A stretch of DNA of 61,937 nucleotides, counting the filler, from Vannella sp. (taxonomy: Eukaryota): the NCBI GenBank assembly GCA_023345925.1. It is 7 parts of 7 records of this genome, joined end to end, with 100 filler letters (N's around TTAATTAATTAA, not from the genome) between each part and the next. Parts side by side here need not be neighbours in the genome. Positions count along the whole stretch, not along the records: positions 1 to 13,204 come from JAJQQN010000309.1; positions 13,305 to 30,053 come from JAJQQN010000185.1; 5 more parts are not named here. One strand, 5' to 3'. Of this stretch, positions 9,767 through 22,246 are shown in pieces. A model generated the notes under the pieces. It ran no database searches, was not told the DNA's origin, and worked only from the letters and a program-made list of their open reading frames with translations. Numbering within the stretch: the first letter of the stretch is position 1; every line of letters begins with the position of its first letter. The position numbers were made by a program, and so were the translations under genes.

Positions 9767-12507
9767 ATGATCAGGAGCATCATTTACCACTCCGAAGAGG
9801 GAATGCACTTCAATGTGCTGCAGGATGGAGGCCAGGAGGCTTGGTTGTCGCTTGTGGATGTGAAGGACTCTCCTGTTTTCCTCTCGTACGTCTCAACCCT
9901 GCGTGCTGACAGACGGAAGCGTATTGAGGAGGCTTTACTGAGTTACTCTCCATCTCGTGCTACCTGGCCTACTTACTCCACAGACGCCGCTCCATCCCTC
10001 TCCTACTCGACAGACTCCTTCGCTTCTCCCCCCACCAGAGCCAGGAGAGCCCATAGATCATCGCTGGCAGCATTGGAGCAAGAAGAGAGCCAAGCCTTCG
10101 AAGAAGAGGAAGAGACTGACGAGTTCTCTGCCGATCTCGACCAAAACGCCTCACGTCAATGGCGTGGCCGCGCCTCCCAACCCTATCCATTGGCAGAAAC
10201 TGATGTCACAACACCTCGAAGAGGACGTGGTCGCCCTCCCAAGCATAAGCCAGTCGAGGAGCTGGAAAGTCCCAACAGTTTGAATGCAAGGCAGTTTGAT
10301 TCGGCCGATTCAGACTCTCTAACGGAGACTCTGGAGGCCACGCCTGTGAAGAGAGGTCGTGGAAGACCAAGAAAGCGTCCACCATCACCAGAAGAGACGT
10401 CTGACGGAAACCCAACACCGAAGAGAGGGCGAGGGCGCCCGCGTAAGATCCCTCGTCTGGATGAGCCTCTCGACCCCAACACTCCTATGATCAAGAGAGG
10501 AAGAGGCCGCCCCCGCAAGTACACGACCGATGGCGGAGAGCTGGCACTGGAGCTTCTTCGGGCACGTACGAGGCCAGTCGCTGTTCGAAGCTTCCTCGAG
10601 CAGAACGAAGCTTCGCAGCACGAGGAGGAAGCTGTCTTCTTCTCTGACGCTGATGAAGAGCGTCGGTTCTTCCTTCTTGACCGAGAGGACTACAAGTACC
10701 TCTCAGTCTCCGCCGGAGAGCGTTTAGAGGACCTATGGCGAGCCAAACGAGTGCCTGATTCTCTTGTAAGGAGTAAGATCTTGATCGAGGAGGATCTCAT
10801 CCCAACTGCCGACATTACTGCTCTTTCAGACCATCAACTTCGCTGTTTCGTCGCTTTGGAGTGCTATCTACCGAACATTAGGATCCTTAGGATGATCAAG
10901 GGGGCTGACGATTTACTGTGCCTTCTCTGTGGCCGCATCCAGTGCCACATGCGCTGTCCAGTCCGTTCAGCAACATTGAATATTCAAGACACTTTGCGCT
11001 GGATGACAGCGGTATCTTGGAAGCCTTCCAAATTCGTCCTCCCACTTGACTCCCTCTCATCCTGTGAGGACAGCCTTCGCGCTTTTCTTCAACAGAACCC
11101 AACCTCGGTGCCAAGCCTGCAACCTGAAGCGGCGTCGGATATTGCCGTGTTAATAGGAACGTCCCAAAAGCTGCTTTTGTACGTTGCACTGAATCTGCGA
11201 GTGAGGGAGATCCTCAGTGCGAGACTGCATCGCGCAATTTATCGATTATTGACTTTTCGGTTCGATGAAATGATCCCTGACGACATGTATTTGGTGATGA
11301 AGCTTTCAAGGCTCCTTTTTGTCTTGCAGAAAGATAACTCAGACCCGGAATTGGCTTGGAAGCGACTCAAATTTGACGCACCAGTAAGCAATGTGCCTCT
11401 CAATGATCGGTTGGAGGGTTTCCGGCGATTAGCAGACTTCTCTCGTGATCTTTACTACTCTGTCGGTCAATCCAAGGAAAAGCTCATGGTCTTAGCAACG
11501 CTCACAGAGGAGGAGGACTACAGCAAAGAGCAGAGGGATGACGAATGGGGCATAAACATGGAATATGTGGAGAACGCCTCCCCTCATCCCGTAGCAAATG
11601 GCCAGAAATGCGCTCTTTATTGCTATGTCACACCACGCCAAGATCCTCCTACTATCGCAAGGACTGTCTTACGACGATTGGAGAAGGAATTGGATCTGAC
11701 CGTTGATGAGCAAGTCAGCGGCTCCACAGAAGATGACAAAGTTCTGGCCACCTTCACAGCCGTGAGCAAATCAGGGGCCACTTCAATAAGCTGTTCAGCT
11801 GATAACTGGGCTGGCAACAAGAACATCCAACTCTTCATCAAAATCACATCCACTCAGCTGCATTCGGTCGTAGATGCCCTTAGGAGAGAATTGTCCACAC
11901 TATTCCGTCTGGATGACTTGGAGAAGCACTTAGCAGTGCTTTATTACTCCAAAGAGACTCAGATAATGGACGACATTCAAGTGGAGTTTGTTACAGGTGA
12001 AGGGAGTCCTTCGGTAGAAGAAAGCAAACCAGATGGACCAAGTGCCATGGTCTATCCATCAACTCTCTGTATTGGACGAAGAAATGGAGAGGAAGTGGTC
12101 CGAGCACTCCTCACTTACTCTCATAACATGGAGACATTCACAAATGGCCCAACTCTCCACTATCTGGCAGTCAAGCGACCTTACCGACACCAAGGCATTG
12201 GAACTGCATTCCTAAACTATCTGGTGAGACCAATGGCGCGTTAGTGCCACATTCGTACTGACTTTTGGAGCAGGAAACGCACTATTTGGCATTCTGGAAA
12301 CCTCGTGCACAGACTTATCAGATGCACGTCTCGTTTGTTACTAACGCTCATAACTTCTTCACAAAGTGTGGCTACACCTTTAGCGACTTCTTCCACGAAG
12401 AATGTGTCAAACCCATTCAAAGGAACCTGGGGGATTCCATCATGAGCGAAGTCCATGACTCTTCCACCTCTGGCAACGGGAGTAAGCCCTTACGGCTCAC
12501 ACTGTAG
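9767..12507 (+). CDS. Nuclear protein: chromo-like N-terminus, four AT-hooks, Cys cluster, C-terminal GNAT acetyltransferase (start and 3' end uncertain)
   Basis: AT-hooks RRGRGRPPK and KRGRGRPRK x3, a CLLCGRIQCHMRC cluster, and GNAT motif A LAVKRPYRHQGIGTAFLNYL. An intron (GTGAGA..CAG, ~12223-12273) continues into NAHNFFTKCGY (motif B). Confidence 0.7.
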
Positions 12508-12610
12508 CCATTTTCTCTTCATTTGAATCCCAATACACTGAATCTCTTGTCTCTTGGACCTTGCAGAGGCCGAACCATCGCAAATGGATTCGCAATAAGA
12601 CAAAGAGTGT

Positions 12611-13176
12611 TCATTCCCACATCTCAGAGACTTCACTGGCACTGCGGATGCGGTTGATGACTTGTTCTTGGGTGAGCTTTTTACTTCCTGCACTCTTCTT
12701 TAAGTAGAGAGCGGTCAAGTCCTCCATCGACACCTTCGTTAGGCCTTTGAGTGGGTCTCGGTCGGGGTGCTATCGTACACCCCGTTCCTATCAGTTCTAC
12801 TCGCTTTGGAAGATGGATAGGCGAGGCTTACCAGTGCCCCAGCCAGCGCAATGTTATCTCCTCGGACAATAAACATTCCAACTGATTCGTCGCAGTAGCT
12901 TTGGTCGACAAACAAGCGCTCTACAGTTCCTTCGAGGACGAGGTTGGCTACGCAGACCACTCTGGTTACCTTCCAGAGTACACTCGATGGAGAAGGAGAA
13001 CGCACCGTACTGATCCATTGTCCTCAGTGTCCCAAACAGCTTCCTCCCGTCGCGCAAGACCACAAGTACCTTCTCTACGGAGCCACCCACTCAGATTCCT
13101 CTCCCACACATCCCAAACACTCCCTACTGTCCAGATCCTCAACCAAGCTTGCTGCACCAGATAGGGTAAAGGCCAT
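12611..13176 (-). CDS. LSM1: Sm-like protein LSm1 (4 exons)
   Basis: The spliced product is MAFTLSGAASLVEDLDKKVLVVLRDGRKLFGTLRTMDQYANLVLEGTVERLFV...GMFIVRGDNIALAG..., with Sm1/Sm2 motifs typical of LSm1 and a helical C-terminal extension. Confidence 0.9.
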
Positions 13177-13204
13177 CGAAACAATGAACACCAACCCACC
13201 CGAT

Positions 13205-13304
13205 NNNNNNNNNNNNNNNNNNNNNNNNNNNNNNNNNNNNNNNNNNNNTTAATTAATTAANNNNNNNNNNNNNNNNNNNNNNNNNNNNNNNNNNNNNNNN
13301 NNNN
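13205..13304. other. Artificial contig-joining spacer
   Basis: N44-TTAATTAATTAA-N44, which puts stops in all six frames. Confidence 0.99.
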
Positions 13305-13394
13305 GGTTTGCCAGAGAAATTTCCGAGTGAACTCGGAAATTTCTCCGTTTGGGGTGTCCTTGATGGCGTTCCGCGATGAGGCATTGGACGAGGG

Positions 13395-13787
13395 ATGTCT
13401 TCATTCGTACTTGGAGCCGGTTTGGCGTTGCTGTTTGCTGGAGTGTGCCGCGTGGGAGGGGCATCGGTGTTCTCGGAGTCTCACTCAGCTCCTCATTTGG
13501 CTGCTCTGGCTTGCGCTCTTCCCATTGGCTATGCAACAGCATGGACGATCAAACGGATAACAAAGGAGAGAGGCGATGCCTTTCAGCGTCGCGTAGCTCA
13601 GTTGAATGCAGGAGCTGTCCTTTTCGATGGCCTCGCTCTCACCTTCATCCCCACACTCTACGGGTTGGACTCAACCGGACAGAGCAATCTCGGCTCTTAC
13701 CTTCTCTTTGGAGTTGGCTGCATCCAACTGTCAGCCTCCCTCCAATACCAAATGATCCTCAAATTGGGAATCAATAAATTAGAATGA
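13395..13787 (+). CDS. Small 4-TM membrane protein, DUF5367-like
   Basis: 130-aa intronless ORF with four hydrophobic segments. The C-terminal half GAVLFDGLALTFIPTLY...LGSYLLFGVG resembles the bacterial DUF5367 pattern as I recall it. Confidence 0.5.
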   Translation: MSSFVLGAGLALLFAGVCRVGGASVFSESHSAPHLAALACALPIGYATAWTIKRITKERGDAFQRRVAQLNAGAVLFDGLALTFIPTLYGLDSTGQSNLGSYLLFGVGCIQLSASLQYQMILKLGINKLE

Positions 13788-13838
13788 AAGGCCAAAATAT
13801 CTTCAGTAATTAAGCAAAGACGACCATTTTCTAACCGG

Positions 13839-15292
13839 ATGAAGTCAGGGAAGAAGAAGCCTTCGGTGTTCGGGGTGGCTCTCCCACTCCATAGTAACGA
13901 GATTCCTCCTCTATTCAAGAAGCTGATGGACTACTTCGATGGCCGAGGTGAGGTGCCGCGTCCTCCAGACTCTGAGAAGACCAATTGGCTCACGCATCAT
14001 GAAGGATATACGGCAGAGGGCCTGTTTCGGGTGACTGGAAACATGGACGCTATGGAGAAGCTTAAGAAAAGGCTGGAAAAAGGTAATCTCCTTGCTGCAG
14101 GTGCTTTTTGGTCTCCTCACGCTTCATGTAGGGAAGAACATCGACCTATCGGCAGAGAACCCTCATGTCGTCGCAGGCCTGCTGAAACACTGTCTAAGAG
14201 AGCTCCCTGAGCCACTTCTGACCTTCAATTTGTACAAAAACTTCATTTCCGCCGGAGGTGAGTTGAGGAGGTGCCTCCGTCATGGTCCCCCTCACTCACT
14301 TGCATTCAGAAGCGGCAACAGACGATGAGGCAGTTGCCATACTCATCGAGACACTCCCGCAGATGCCCCACACCACTCGCCTACTAACACGGCACCTATT
14401 CTGCTTCCTCGACCGCGTTCGCGGTTGCGCTGCGGACAACAAGATGCACGCCAACAATCTAGCTATCGTGTTTGCACCTACTCTACTCAAGCCACGCGAC
14501 GAGCTGTCAATAATGAGCGGCTCCCCGTGTTGCACTCGAGTGATTGAGCTGATGATCCAGCGCTTTGACGATGTGTTCCGAGGAGAGCCTGATGGGGGTG
14601 CCATACTCTTGCCACAAGAGCCAGGAAGTGAACCCGCTCTAAAAGGGGTCCCCACAGGCCATCTCATCCCTTTGCACACTGGACTGTCCTACAGCGCACC
14701 TGTTCTGCGGCCACTACGCACTATGACGGTCACCGAGCATAACAGACCTCCACCACGCCCAGTGCGACCATTCTCTGCAAACATGAACGCTCCTCCGCGA
14801 AGATCTGAGTCTTCGACCTCTTTGCTGACTGGTGTGGGACAAGGAGGGGGCAGTGGAGCTAATCCTTTATTGCGACCAAGCGCAAACCCACAAAAGGCAA
14901 GGCCTCAGAGCACCCAGATTCAGCATGGACAGGCTTATGACTCGGGGGCATCCGCCTTCAAGAAGCCCCACCCTCCTCCTCGGTTTGGCAGAAGTTCTGG
15001 ACCTGTGAATTACACTCCGCGAGGTGGCTCTGCTCCCTCGATAGATTTGCCTCCATCCACCAAAGAACCAGCCCGACCTCCCGCTCCGATTCCAGCTCCA
15101 GTTCCACGGGCTCCTGCTTCCTTACCAAGCTCTCCTTTAAGGGTGGCGCCCATTCATGCTCTTTCAGCTCCACCCGCACCAGAGAAGCCAACGGGACCAT
15201 CTCCCTTAGTAATCCGACCGCCTCCGCCTCCCAGGAGGACAGATAATCCCAGCCAGTTCCCCGCTACGAGGAGGATGACGTCCCCACGATAA
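13839..15292 (+). CDS. RhoGAP with proline-rich C-terminal tail (multi-exon)
   Basis: SVFGVAL, EGLFRVTG (arginine finger), PHVVAGLLKHCLRELPEPLLT and NKMHANNLAIVFAPTLL lie across exons separated by short GT-AG introns. The tail is PxxP-rich. Confidence 0.9.
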
Positions 15293-15343
15293 GAAGATAT
15301 CAATGATAATGTAATGTACAGTATTCACTCAGCACTAGCAAGA

Positions 15344-18300
15344 CTAGAAGCGTGATGAGCGCGGTTCTTCTTCGCGATGCAATTCATCTTGCTCAATAAC
15401 AAATCGCAACTCTTCAGAGAGAGTGATGTCTTCCCGGAATCGAACGAGGAGCTTGTGGTGTCCCTCAGCAGTGAATTCACCCAGGCAGACGAGAAGGGAG
15501 ATGGTAGAAGCATCCTTGCAGCGACAGCTGACCAGTCGGGTCTGTCCGATGATGTCTCGGACTTGGGACTTGAGATACTGTGAAACATGTAAGAGGAACC
15601 CTTCCAATACTCTCCAGAACATACCTTTTGTATCAGCTTGTCCTCAGGCACCAAAACTTTGATAGAAAGCCCAATCAGTTCAGCTTTGGTGTACCCGAAA
15701 AGGCGCTCCGCGTTGCCATTGATATCTTCAATCTAGAACAGGTTTGAGCGAAGAGAAGAGATGCAATGATGACAAACCTTTCCGGCAGAGGAGGTAGAGA
15801 CCATGGCGGCTTCTTTGAAGCCTTCAAGATCAAGGGAGAGAGCGGGAACCTCTGAGAAAGTCTGAGAGTCGTTGTCAGTGGAAGCTGGGCAATGGGAAGG
15901 GGCCGAAACATACCAAGAGGGCAGCAATCCAGTATTGCATTTCCTTTTCTGAAGAGGCAGCCAGAACAACCTCTCCTCCAACCCTTCGGGATATCAAGAA
16001 AGAAAAACTCATTGAGGAAGTCCCCTCTGGAATGGCTCGGACACTCGCCAACCGCAAAGGAATCTCAGCAATCGGTTTCTGGCGTTTGGAGGAGTTGTAA
16101 ATACTAGGCAGCTGTGAGGGTCAAGTAGCGTTAAGGAGAGTAGACACTTACAACAAAAGTCCCTCAGAGAGCGCGCAATAGGAAACCTTCCAGCCGTTCC
16201 AGCGTTTGTGTTTGAGGTTGCCTTCAATAGTGGGTGTGGTGGAGAGAACGGAAGTGACAACGCGCGAGACTCTTCGGTTATGTCCCGACGCTGAGCTTCG
16301 TGAAGAGATGGAGATGTCAGAAAGAGAGCCAGCACGTGAGATGGGAGTCTCCAAAGTGCTGGCCAAAGAGTAGCGTTGGTTTGTTCGCGACAAGCCGAGT
16401 TTTTGCATGCTGAAACTGTGTAAATTGCGGACTGGCAAGCCCATCATTTGTAGTCGAAGCTTCTTGATATAAATAAGTCTATCTGGGTGGTTCACACTCT
16501 CTGCAAAGCGCAAAGCCCGTTGGAGGACGTCTGCTGCGTCTTCTGTTCCAACTAGCTGCGCAGCGATCTCAGCCGACTGGCTCATGTAGACAATAACCTT
16601 GTGGAGAGACTCTTTGTCGATATTGCTCTCTCCTTCTAGTGCCTCATACCAATGATGCGCCATCAACTGATTATACTGAGTCCATTCCAGGCCACTTCCG
16701 GTCTCCTTGCCTTCATACCACATCGCCAGCTTCTTGTGGATCTCTTTCCGTTTGGAAACAAGAAGACGGGAGTAAGCAACTCGACAGACGGCCTCAGAGT
16801 GGAAGACATAAGTGCTAGCGCTGTTCTGAAGAATAAAGTTCTGCGTCTGAAGCATCTTGATATCACTTCCAAAGGGAACCGGGTAAATGCCGTGAAGAAC
16901 AGCCACGTCAAACTCAAATCCAATGACAGACGCAACTTTCAGAAGGTTTTGAGCTGATGAAGATTGCAAATCAAGTCGGCTGCTTATCAGACCCTCCACA
17001 GAGTCTGGGAGATTCAGATGCGAGAGTTTGTGCACAAAAAAGACTCCCATTTCAATAATCTTTCGCCCTAATAGTCCATACGCCAGCTCCTCACAGTAAA
17101 GTGGATTTCCTTGCACCTGATTCAGAAGTGGGCGCAGTTCTCGAGGAAGACTGGCTAATCCCAGCTGGTAAAATGTTAGTAAGCTGGAAGAAAGCATCAA
17201 GAAGATGAATACGTACATGCTTCAGTAAGATATCTGAAATATCACTGTCATTGAGGGGAAGTAGAGTGATGTGGTTTGTCCGGGAGTGATTCAGTAGGCT
17301 TAATCGATTCCTTTGGGAGTCTGTCAGTTCGCGAGTGGTAGCAACGATGACACAAGAGTGAACGGTGGCCACAATGGAGTTCAGCACACGAATAGAAGAT
17401 GCATCCATCCATTGAAGGTCTTCAAGAACTAATACCATGGCTGTTTGACAGCTTCGATGTTCTATCGAGTAGCGGATAAGCTCGCTGATGTGTCGGTCGC
17501 GCTCTTCTGTTGTTAACTTGTCCATCGATCTGAGCTCATCAGCTGTGAAGGGAAGCTGGGGAATGATGGTATGGAGCAGAGGAAGATACGGTAACAAGCG
17601 ACTATCCATAGCCATTCGGATGTTTCGCAGGATCTTGCCATACTCAACTGTACTCGCTCCAAAGGGGATGCCGTGAAGGGAGGCTAAAATTCCTCTCCAA
17701 ATAAAGTAAGGAGTGATTTGATGAACAGCTTTGGACCACCCTATAATGGCAGAAGCTCCAATCTGTCGACCAACACGAAGAGCAAAGCTGGCCAAGAAGC
17801 TCTTACCAATACCAGGGACTCCTTCAAGCACCACAGTACGAGCGAGTTGGTCGTGGTGGCTTCCTAGAAAAGCAGAAACTCCAACGTTAAAATGATCTTT
17901 GAGCGCGACAATATGGCGAGTAAGGAGGAGCTTTTCTTGCATTCGTCCGATAATGTTGAAGGCTGTGGCCTGCATTTCAGGGCGCTTCTCCTCCTTGGGG
18001 GGAATGGGACGGTAGATTGCAACAGGTTCTTTCTTTCCTTTGACAATGACAGGCGGCAGAGTTTCAAATTCTACTCTCAAATTGCAAGCTTCGTATGTCA
18101 AAGGGCCGCAGAGGATCCCTTTACCTTGGCTGTAAGCCGTCCCCATGAGGCGAGCTGCCATGTTAATAGCATCCCCAAGAACAGTATAATCATGTCGAGT
18201 AGGACTTCCAACAACGCCTGTGAAGACAAGGCCAGTGTAAACCCCCACAGCACAATCAACACCAAGGTCTGTCAAGCCTCTATGTAGGTCCATTGCAGCT

Positions 18301-21300
18301 CGCGTAGCTCGTAGTGGATCATCTGCATGGGAATAAGGCGGCACACCAAAGGCAGCAAAGAAGATGATGCCCTTGTCATCCTGAAGGAACTGACAGATCA
18401 AGCCTTCATGCTTAATGATGTGTCCTTGCATGCACACAAAAGCTTCGTGTAAGGAGGTACAGAAGTAGTTGGGCTCATCCTGCCCGAAGCGATCCACAAT
18501 AATCTTCACAAATACGGCAGTTAAGTTACGAAGCTCGTCCAGTTGGGTTTCTTTGTTTTCTAGCCTTGAGAGGACTGCTGGGTGGGCAAAGGAGCGAAGG
18601 GCTGCTTCTGCAGAGAGAGCTACCTGACAGGTAGTTAGTGGGTGAGGATGGAGCTTTTCAGGTTCCGAGAAGCGCAGCACGAGGAAATCACTGCCCCTTG
18701 GTTCACATAAAACATCTGGGGTAGCCAGCTTCATACAAGCGGGGGAGATAACAATTTCTCCAGAATCACTTGACTCAACGCAGGTTGCCAACTGACCAAT
18801 TGGTTCTCCAGTGATTATGTGCATCCACTCGTTATTCACACCACCCACGAACATCAAAGAGATGTCTCCCATCCCAATACCAATGTGTAAGGATAAGGTA
18901 AAGTCTTGGCCGCTCTCATACGTTGAATGGTACTCCTGAATATGCATTCCACACTGAATCGCTCTTAGAGCCAACTCTCTATCCTCTACACATTCATCCA
19001 GTTGCTGCCGAAAGATGCACATGATTGCGTCTCCAGCAGATTTGACTAATTCGCCACCAAACTTTTCTGCAGAGTCTATCAGAGAGCCAAAATAGGCGTT
19101 GAGGTGCTTGGAAATAAGTTCGGGCCCTGTTTCTCCAAGTTGTGCCAGACGAGCAGTGAGCATTGTGAAACCAGAGATATCCAAAAAGATAACAGCTGCT
19201 GGAAAGGTCTCACAGTATTGCCGCTGAGGGAGTTCAGGCTTGCCAATAAAGACTCGAAGGACTGAGTTAGGGATGAAGCTGCGAAGGACCTCCACGGATT
19301 TTTTCGCTCCTTCGTAGCTTGACTTAACCATCTCAGCAAGGTGAGATTCGTCAAGAACTACCCCAGGAGGAGGAGTGACATATCCCATCATAAAGTAGCG
19401 AGATAAGTTGGTCGCGAGTCGTTGAGTACCAACTGTCTGAGCAGCAAAGTGGAAAAGACATGTCGCTTCACTGGTTGGGCGAGATAAGCAATTGAGAGCA
19501 AGAGTGACCTTAGCAGTAGAGTGGCGAGGAATAGTGACTATCTCTGGTATTACATCCAATCGATACATTTCGGGAAGGGACATGCTCATTCCATCTAACA
19601 CAGTTGTCACATTGATCTTTGAAGAAGAGAGATTGCGAATAGTGACTGTCTTATAATAGATTTGCAAGTCATGGCGCAGATCAAACACGAAGAACGCTTC
19701 ATCAACTGAGATGAATGGGCGGGAAGCTGTGCCTTGTTCTTGGCTTGTGGCATGAAGTCGGGCAATAGCACGGTCCTGAAGGGGCTTCATCACTAATGAG
19801 GGGTCTGGAAGAGCCTGTAGGGTAATTCTCAACTGAGCAGCGTTGTACCATCCTTCGTATAGGCATGCTACTTTGAAGATACGAAGCGCAGTGGTGGCAG
19901 CAGTATCAGTCAGAATGAAAGTGTGAGTGGTTCCACAGCTGACAGACGTAACAAACACATCTTGAATTGATCCTCCTTCAAGGAGGCGGGGAGTGTGCTG
20001 ATGATGGGTAAAGTTGTTACTTTTGAGCATGCCCCATGTCTTCACTTGCCCAGAGGATGTGACCACTGCACTTGTAAGAGGGCCACAGCTTGTATGTACA
20101 ACATAGGAGACAGTGGGAACCACAGTTGGTGCTCTATATGATCCATCTGGAGGGAAACCAGCTTCTCCAACAAAGTTACTTCCCCATGAGACTGCCGCAC
20201 CACTTGCAGTACACGCCAGGCAATGGGTTACGCCAGTAGCTATGTGGAGGAATGGTTCATTCCAAACGGGGAGATAAATTGGATTTTGAATCAGTTTGCC
20301 AGAGGAGGATGAGAGCTGCCAAGTTCTGTTCGAGCCCCAACCGATCAGAGAGCCAGAGTTGGTCAACACAATGGTGAAGAAATGACCGCAAGAAACCTGC
20401 ACTGCAGACCATGTCTCACTTTTAGGGATTATCTTGACCAAATGCTCGGGGTCTTCGTCTCTGCCGAGCTCCCTCAGTCTGTTGGATCCAAAGCTGTAAG
20501 CTCCTATTGTTGAAAGAACTACAGTATGTGCGTTACCACAGCTGACATCGTAGGCAAAGCCTTGGACGCCCCAAACTTGTTGTGGGGCAGCCACGAGCAG
20601 TTTCTTTGAGTGACCAAGCTGCCCACTTACAACCAAGTCTCCTTCAAGAATCATGCAGTTAGATCCCCATGTAAAGACATCACCACCGCGACTGAGAGCA
20701 GCAAAGTGAGCGCCACCACAAGCAACTTGGACTATCTTGTGTGATTGCAAAGAGTTGATCAAGTAAGATCCAGTCCAAGTTGAAACCTTCTGGGTTCTGC
20801 CAAGCCAGCAACCTCCAAGACAATCCGCACCAGAAACGAAAAAGCCTCCTTTTTCGGTTACCCAGACGCTGGAGTCTCCACCTGAGCTGACACTTGTAAC
20901 CAAGTCACCTAAAGGGAATTCGCGCATCATCTCCAGAGCGTTAATGTTTCCTTGTGCTTCGATGACACTGCTGACGTAGTCTCCTGCGCCAAGAGATCCA
21001 GTGCATCCCTCCTCTCCCTGTTCGTTGAAGATGGTTGACAATCGGTCAATCACAGTAAATTCACTGTTGAGGTAGAACATGCCCATCATCGCCACCTTTC
21101 CAGCTGTTTGAAGGTCCCTCCAAATAAACGTACTTTCGCAAGTCCCTTGCTCCCATAGCAAAGTGCGAATATGGGCAGGGGAAAGATCTTCCACCAAAGT
21201 GTCGACCATCGGGACCATTGCTTTGACTGAAACATCGAACGATTTGAGGGCTGAAGCTGTTTCCATGATTCCATATCCCTCCATATGCCTCATCAACTTA

Positions 21301-22229
21301 TTGGCGAGCAGGCTGGTCCCTCGGATGACTGCGCAAAGAGTGTAAAGCCGCTTCTCTGCTGCCACATGGACTTCATACGACTGATTGGCCCTTTGTGAGT
21401 CGTGAATGATCTCCAGTGGTCTTGCTGATGCGCGGCGCCGAGGAGTCCGAGGAGAGATAAAGTGAGTGATGTCGTCCGTATTTTGGTCCAATTTGAGGAT
21501 GAAAGCGCTTGCTCCACCGATCGCTCCGCGCATTGGTCCTCTCTCTAAGGTATGTGCGAGATCTGCTTCATTCGCCTCCTCTGTGGTGTACTGCAAAAAG
21601 CCGTGGGTGGATGACCTCAGGCATTCCCAAGGCTCCTCCCGATCTGTTACAACGATGGGCTGTAAGGCGGTATCAGAGACCATACGCTGAAGACGACCTG
21701 AACGTCCAATAGATAGGGACTCCTCACTCCTCTTCCGCAAAACCGGTGGACGGATGATCACCTCTTCCGAGCCCGTCGTTCGGGGCATCTCGCTGTCCTC
21801 TTTCTCTTGGACGTTGTCAAGGTTCTCATAGTGCTCACACCAAGCCTTTGCCTTCGTCTTGTTGATAGCTTGCCACAGATCATCTCCCTTCAAGTTGACC
21901 GAGCTTTGGCTGTACGTGGCCTTCCGGTTGATACGGATGCGCTCTAAAGCCTGGTTGACACTTCTTTCTTCCTCCTCCTCCGCTGTTTGAGAATGAGTCA
22001 TCTCTGAGCTGTCCACCAACAACGAAGGGCGATGTGGGAGTAACACCAACGAGTTGACCCGCTCTCTCGCAACAGGCGCGTCAACATCCACCGATGATGC
22101 GTGCCGACTATCCACTGCTGAGTACCGTTTATGCTTCCGCTTTGGCATGGGCGCGAAGGAGCTCTGACGCAGAGAAGGACCACAGACAATGGCGTAATCA
22201 TTATCACATGATCGACACGGAATAATCAT
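15344..22229 (-). CDS. Giant soluble-type class III nucleotidyl cyclase: RCC1 repeats - Ig-like - cyclase C1 - cyclase C2 - P-loop NTPase - helical - PH - PAS
   Basis: RCC1 repeats (VACGGAH..VFTWGSN, VSCGNAH, VSCGHFF, IATGVTH). C1: IFLDISGFT..KSAGDA. C2: DDKG..YTVLGDAINMAARL. Walker A GVPGIGKS and Walker B LVLEDLQWMD, plus QGNPLY. Spliced 3' exons give PH (EGNLKHKRWNGWK..LAASSEKEMQYWIAAL) and PAS (INGNAERLFGYTKAELIGLSIKVLVPE..CKD). The start may be at ATG ~22148. Confidence 0.85.
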
Positions 22230-22246
22230 GCAATAATCATGACATT

